From assembly GCA_050261515.1 (NCBI GenBank), contig JBLNDJ010000024.1:5849-69848 (forward strand): DNA of 64,000 bases, written 5' to 3'. Position 1 is the stretch's first letter. Each line of letters begins with the position of its first letter. Source of the DNA: Acidobacteriota bacterium. Its GTDB lineage: Bacteria > Acidobacteriota > Terriglobia > Bryobacterales > Bryobacteraceae. Below, one piece after another: positions 62,987 to 64,000 of the stretch. Under the pieces are notes generated by a model that was given only the letters and a program-made list of their open reading frames with translations, was not told the DNA's origin and did not search any database. Made by a program: the position numbers and the translations under genes.

Positions 62987-64000
62987 TGGCGGTAATAGTG
63001 TCCCGCTGGGATTCGCGGATAACTTACTCCCTTCTCGGTCTACGCTGTCTCGCCATCGCGTGGTTGTGCGCGCGCTTCTGGCGCGTTATGAACCCAGGGC
63101 CCGCGCTGGTCTGCACGGCCGCGGCGCTGGTTGCCTTCGCGGGCAGCTTTGTGCGCTGGCGGTTGCTGTTCGGCATGGGGGAGACGCCGCCCGCTCCTGT
63201 ACCGCCTGCCGGGCTGCGCGTGGCCGCGGTTACGACCTTCGTTCCCTCGGACGAGCCCGTCACGATGCTCGAAAGGACGCTCGCGGCGCTGGCCGCGCTC
63301 GATTACCCTCACGACACCTGGGTGCTCGACGAGGGCGACGATCCCGAAGTGAAGCGCCTGTGCGCGCGCCTGGGAGTCTTGCACTTCAGCCGCAGGCATC
63401 TCGCGCAATACCAAACCCCGGCAGGCCCGTTCGAGTCAGGAACAAAACACGGAAACTTCAACGCGTGGCTTGACTCTACCGGCTTCGACCGGTACGACAT
63501 AATCAGCGCGTTCGATCCCGATCACGTTCCGGCAAAAAATTTCATTTCGACCGCGCTCGGCTACTTCAACGATCCGAAAGTGGGCTATGTGCAGTTCCCG
63601 CAGGCTTACTACAACACCGGCGCGAGCATCGTCGCACGCGGCGCGCACGAGGAGAGCCGCGGATTCTATGCGGTAGTGCAGCGCGTAAATCATGCGTTCG
63701 GTTCGCCCACGATCATCGGTTCGCACAACACGCACCGAGTGGCGGCGCTTCGCGACGTGGGGGGACTGGCTGCCCATTATGCCGACGATCTGCTCATTAC
63801 GCTGCGCTACCAGGCCCGCGGCTGGCGCGGCGTCTACGTTCCCCGCATTCTGGCGCGGGGCCTTGCGCCCGTGGATTGGCGCGGGTATCTCAGGCAGCAG
63901 TTCCGCTGGGCCCGGTCGCTGCTCGACCTGAAGCTGCGCGTGCTGCCGCGCATCGCGGCCGGCTGGCCGCTTCGCCGGCGCCTGTTCAACTTTATCCAGG
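62986..64000 (+). CDS. Processive family 2 glycosyltransferase (cellulose-synthase-like, QxxRW class), N-terminal 338 codons; the 3' end lies outside the window
   Basis: Not in the ORF track because it is open-ended. I translated it by hand. The ATG at 62986 overlaps the upstream stop (TAATG) and no stop occurs before nt 64000. Two N-terminal TM segments, VAAVTTFVPSDEP, DTWVLDEGDD, AFDPDH, VQFPQ, ADDLLITL, and RQQFRWARS (QxxRW). Confidence 0.8.
   Translation, partial: MAVIVSRWDSRITYSLLGLRCLAIAWLCARFWRVMNPGPALVCTAAALVAFAGSFVRWRLLFGMGETPPAPVPPAGLRVAAVTTFVPSDEPVTMLERTLAALAALDYPHDTWVLDEGDDPEVKRLCARLGVLHFSRRHLAQYQTPAGPFESGTKHGNFNAWLDSTGFDRYDIISAFDPDHVPAKNFISTALGYFNDPKVGYVQFPQAYYNTGASIVARGAHEESRGFYAVVQRVNHAFGSPTIIGSHNTHRVAALRDVGGLAAHYADDLLITLRYQARGWRGVYVPRILARGLAPVDWRGYLRQQFRWARSLLDLKLRVLPRIAAGWPLRRRLFNFIQ

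Overview
This is a densely coding, high-GC bacterial chromosomal segment (roughly two-thirds G+C by eye, not computed). I call 53 protein genes. I found no rRNA, tRNA or CRISPR array.

All functional calls rest on motifs I can read in the translations. No searches were run. Many start codons were moved downstream of the ORF-track starts, using conserved N-termini and stop/start overlaps.

The gene content suggests an Acidobacteriota genome of the Solibacter/Bryobacter type. The pointers are an NHL-repeat protein with a Solibacter-type C-terminal domain, a TAT-signal Gfo/Idh/MocA gene next to DUF1080, and many GT-C/GT2 genes. This is inference only.

Main blocks:
- 1-2.9 kb: galU, a GT-C-like membrane protein and an LpxL-type acyltransferase.
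- 2.9-5.2 kb: overlapping cysteine desulfurase and mnmA.
- 6.1-8.0 kb: a sensor-less HisKA_2 kinase plus a REC-PAS-degenerate-GGDEF regulator that carries a perfect 30-bp tandem duplication.
- 8-15 kb: housekeeping genes (homocysteine methyltransferase/MTHFR fusion, tsaC, ymdB, GGDEF, apbC).
- 15.3-19.1 kb: a sugar oxidation and salvage cluster.
- 23.6-27 kb: lpdA-lipB-E2.
- 27.2-32.5 kb: an RND permease, a Cys-less Rrf2 regulator and a Kef antiporter.
- 34,975-35,779: an 805-bp IS200/RAYT-type Y1 transposase unit bounded by perfect 18-nt inverted repeats.
- 40-42.9 kb: secA.
- 44.2-51.9 kb: a tightly packed sufBCDSU-DUF59-Rrf2-rnj string, preceded by a promoter-plus-terminator unit that looks like an sRNA or leader.
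- 54.7-64 kb: the most system-like region. It is a multi-glycosyltransferase locus with a secreted Ig/FN3 protein, a methyltransferase-GT2 fusion, two GT-C-like polytopic proteins flanking a polyprenyl-phosphate-type GT2, and a processive QxxRW GT2. The last gene runs off the window and is absent from the ORF track.

Two families of long 3'-end hairpin repeats recur in the window. I see no defence island, prophage, retroelement or toxin-antitoxin pair. The novelty claims below are hypotheses with modest scores.
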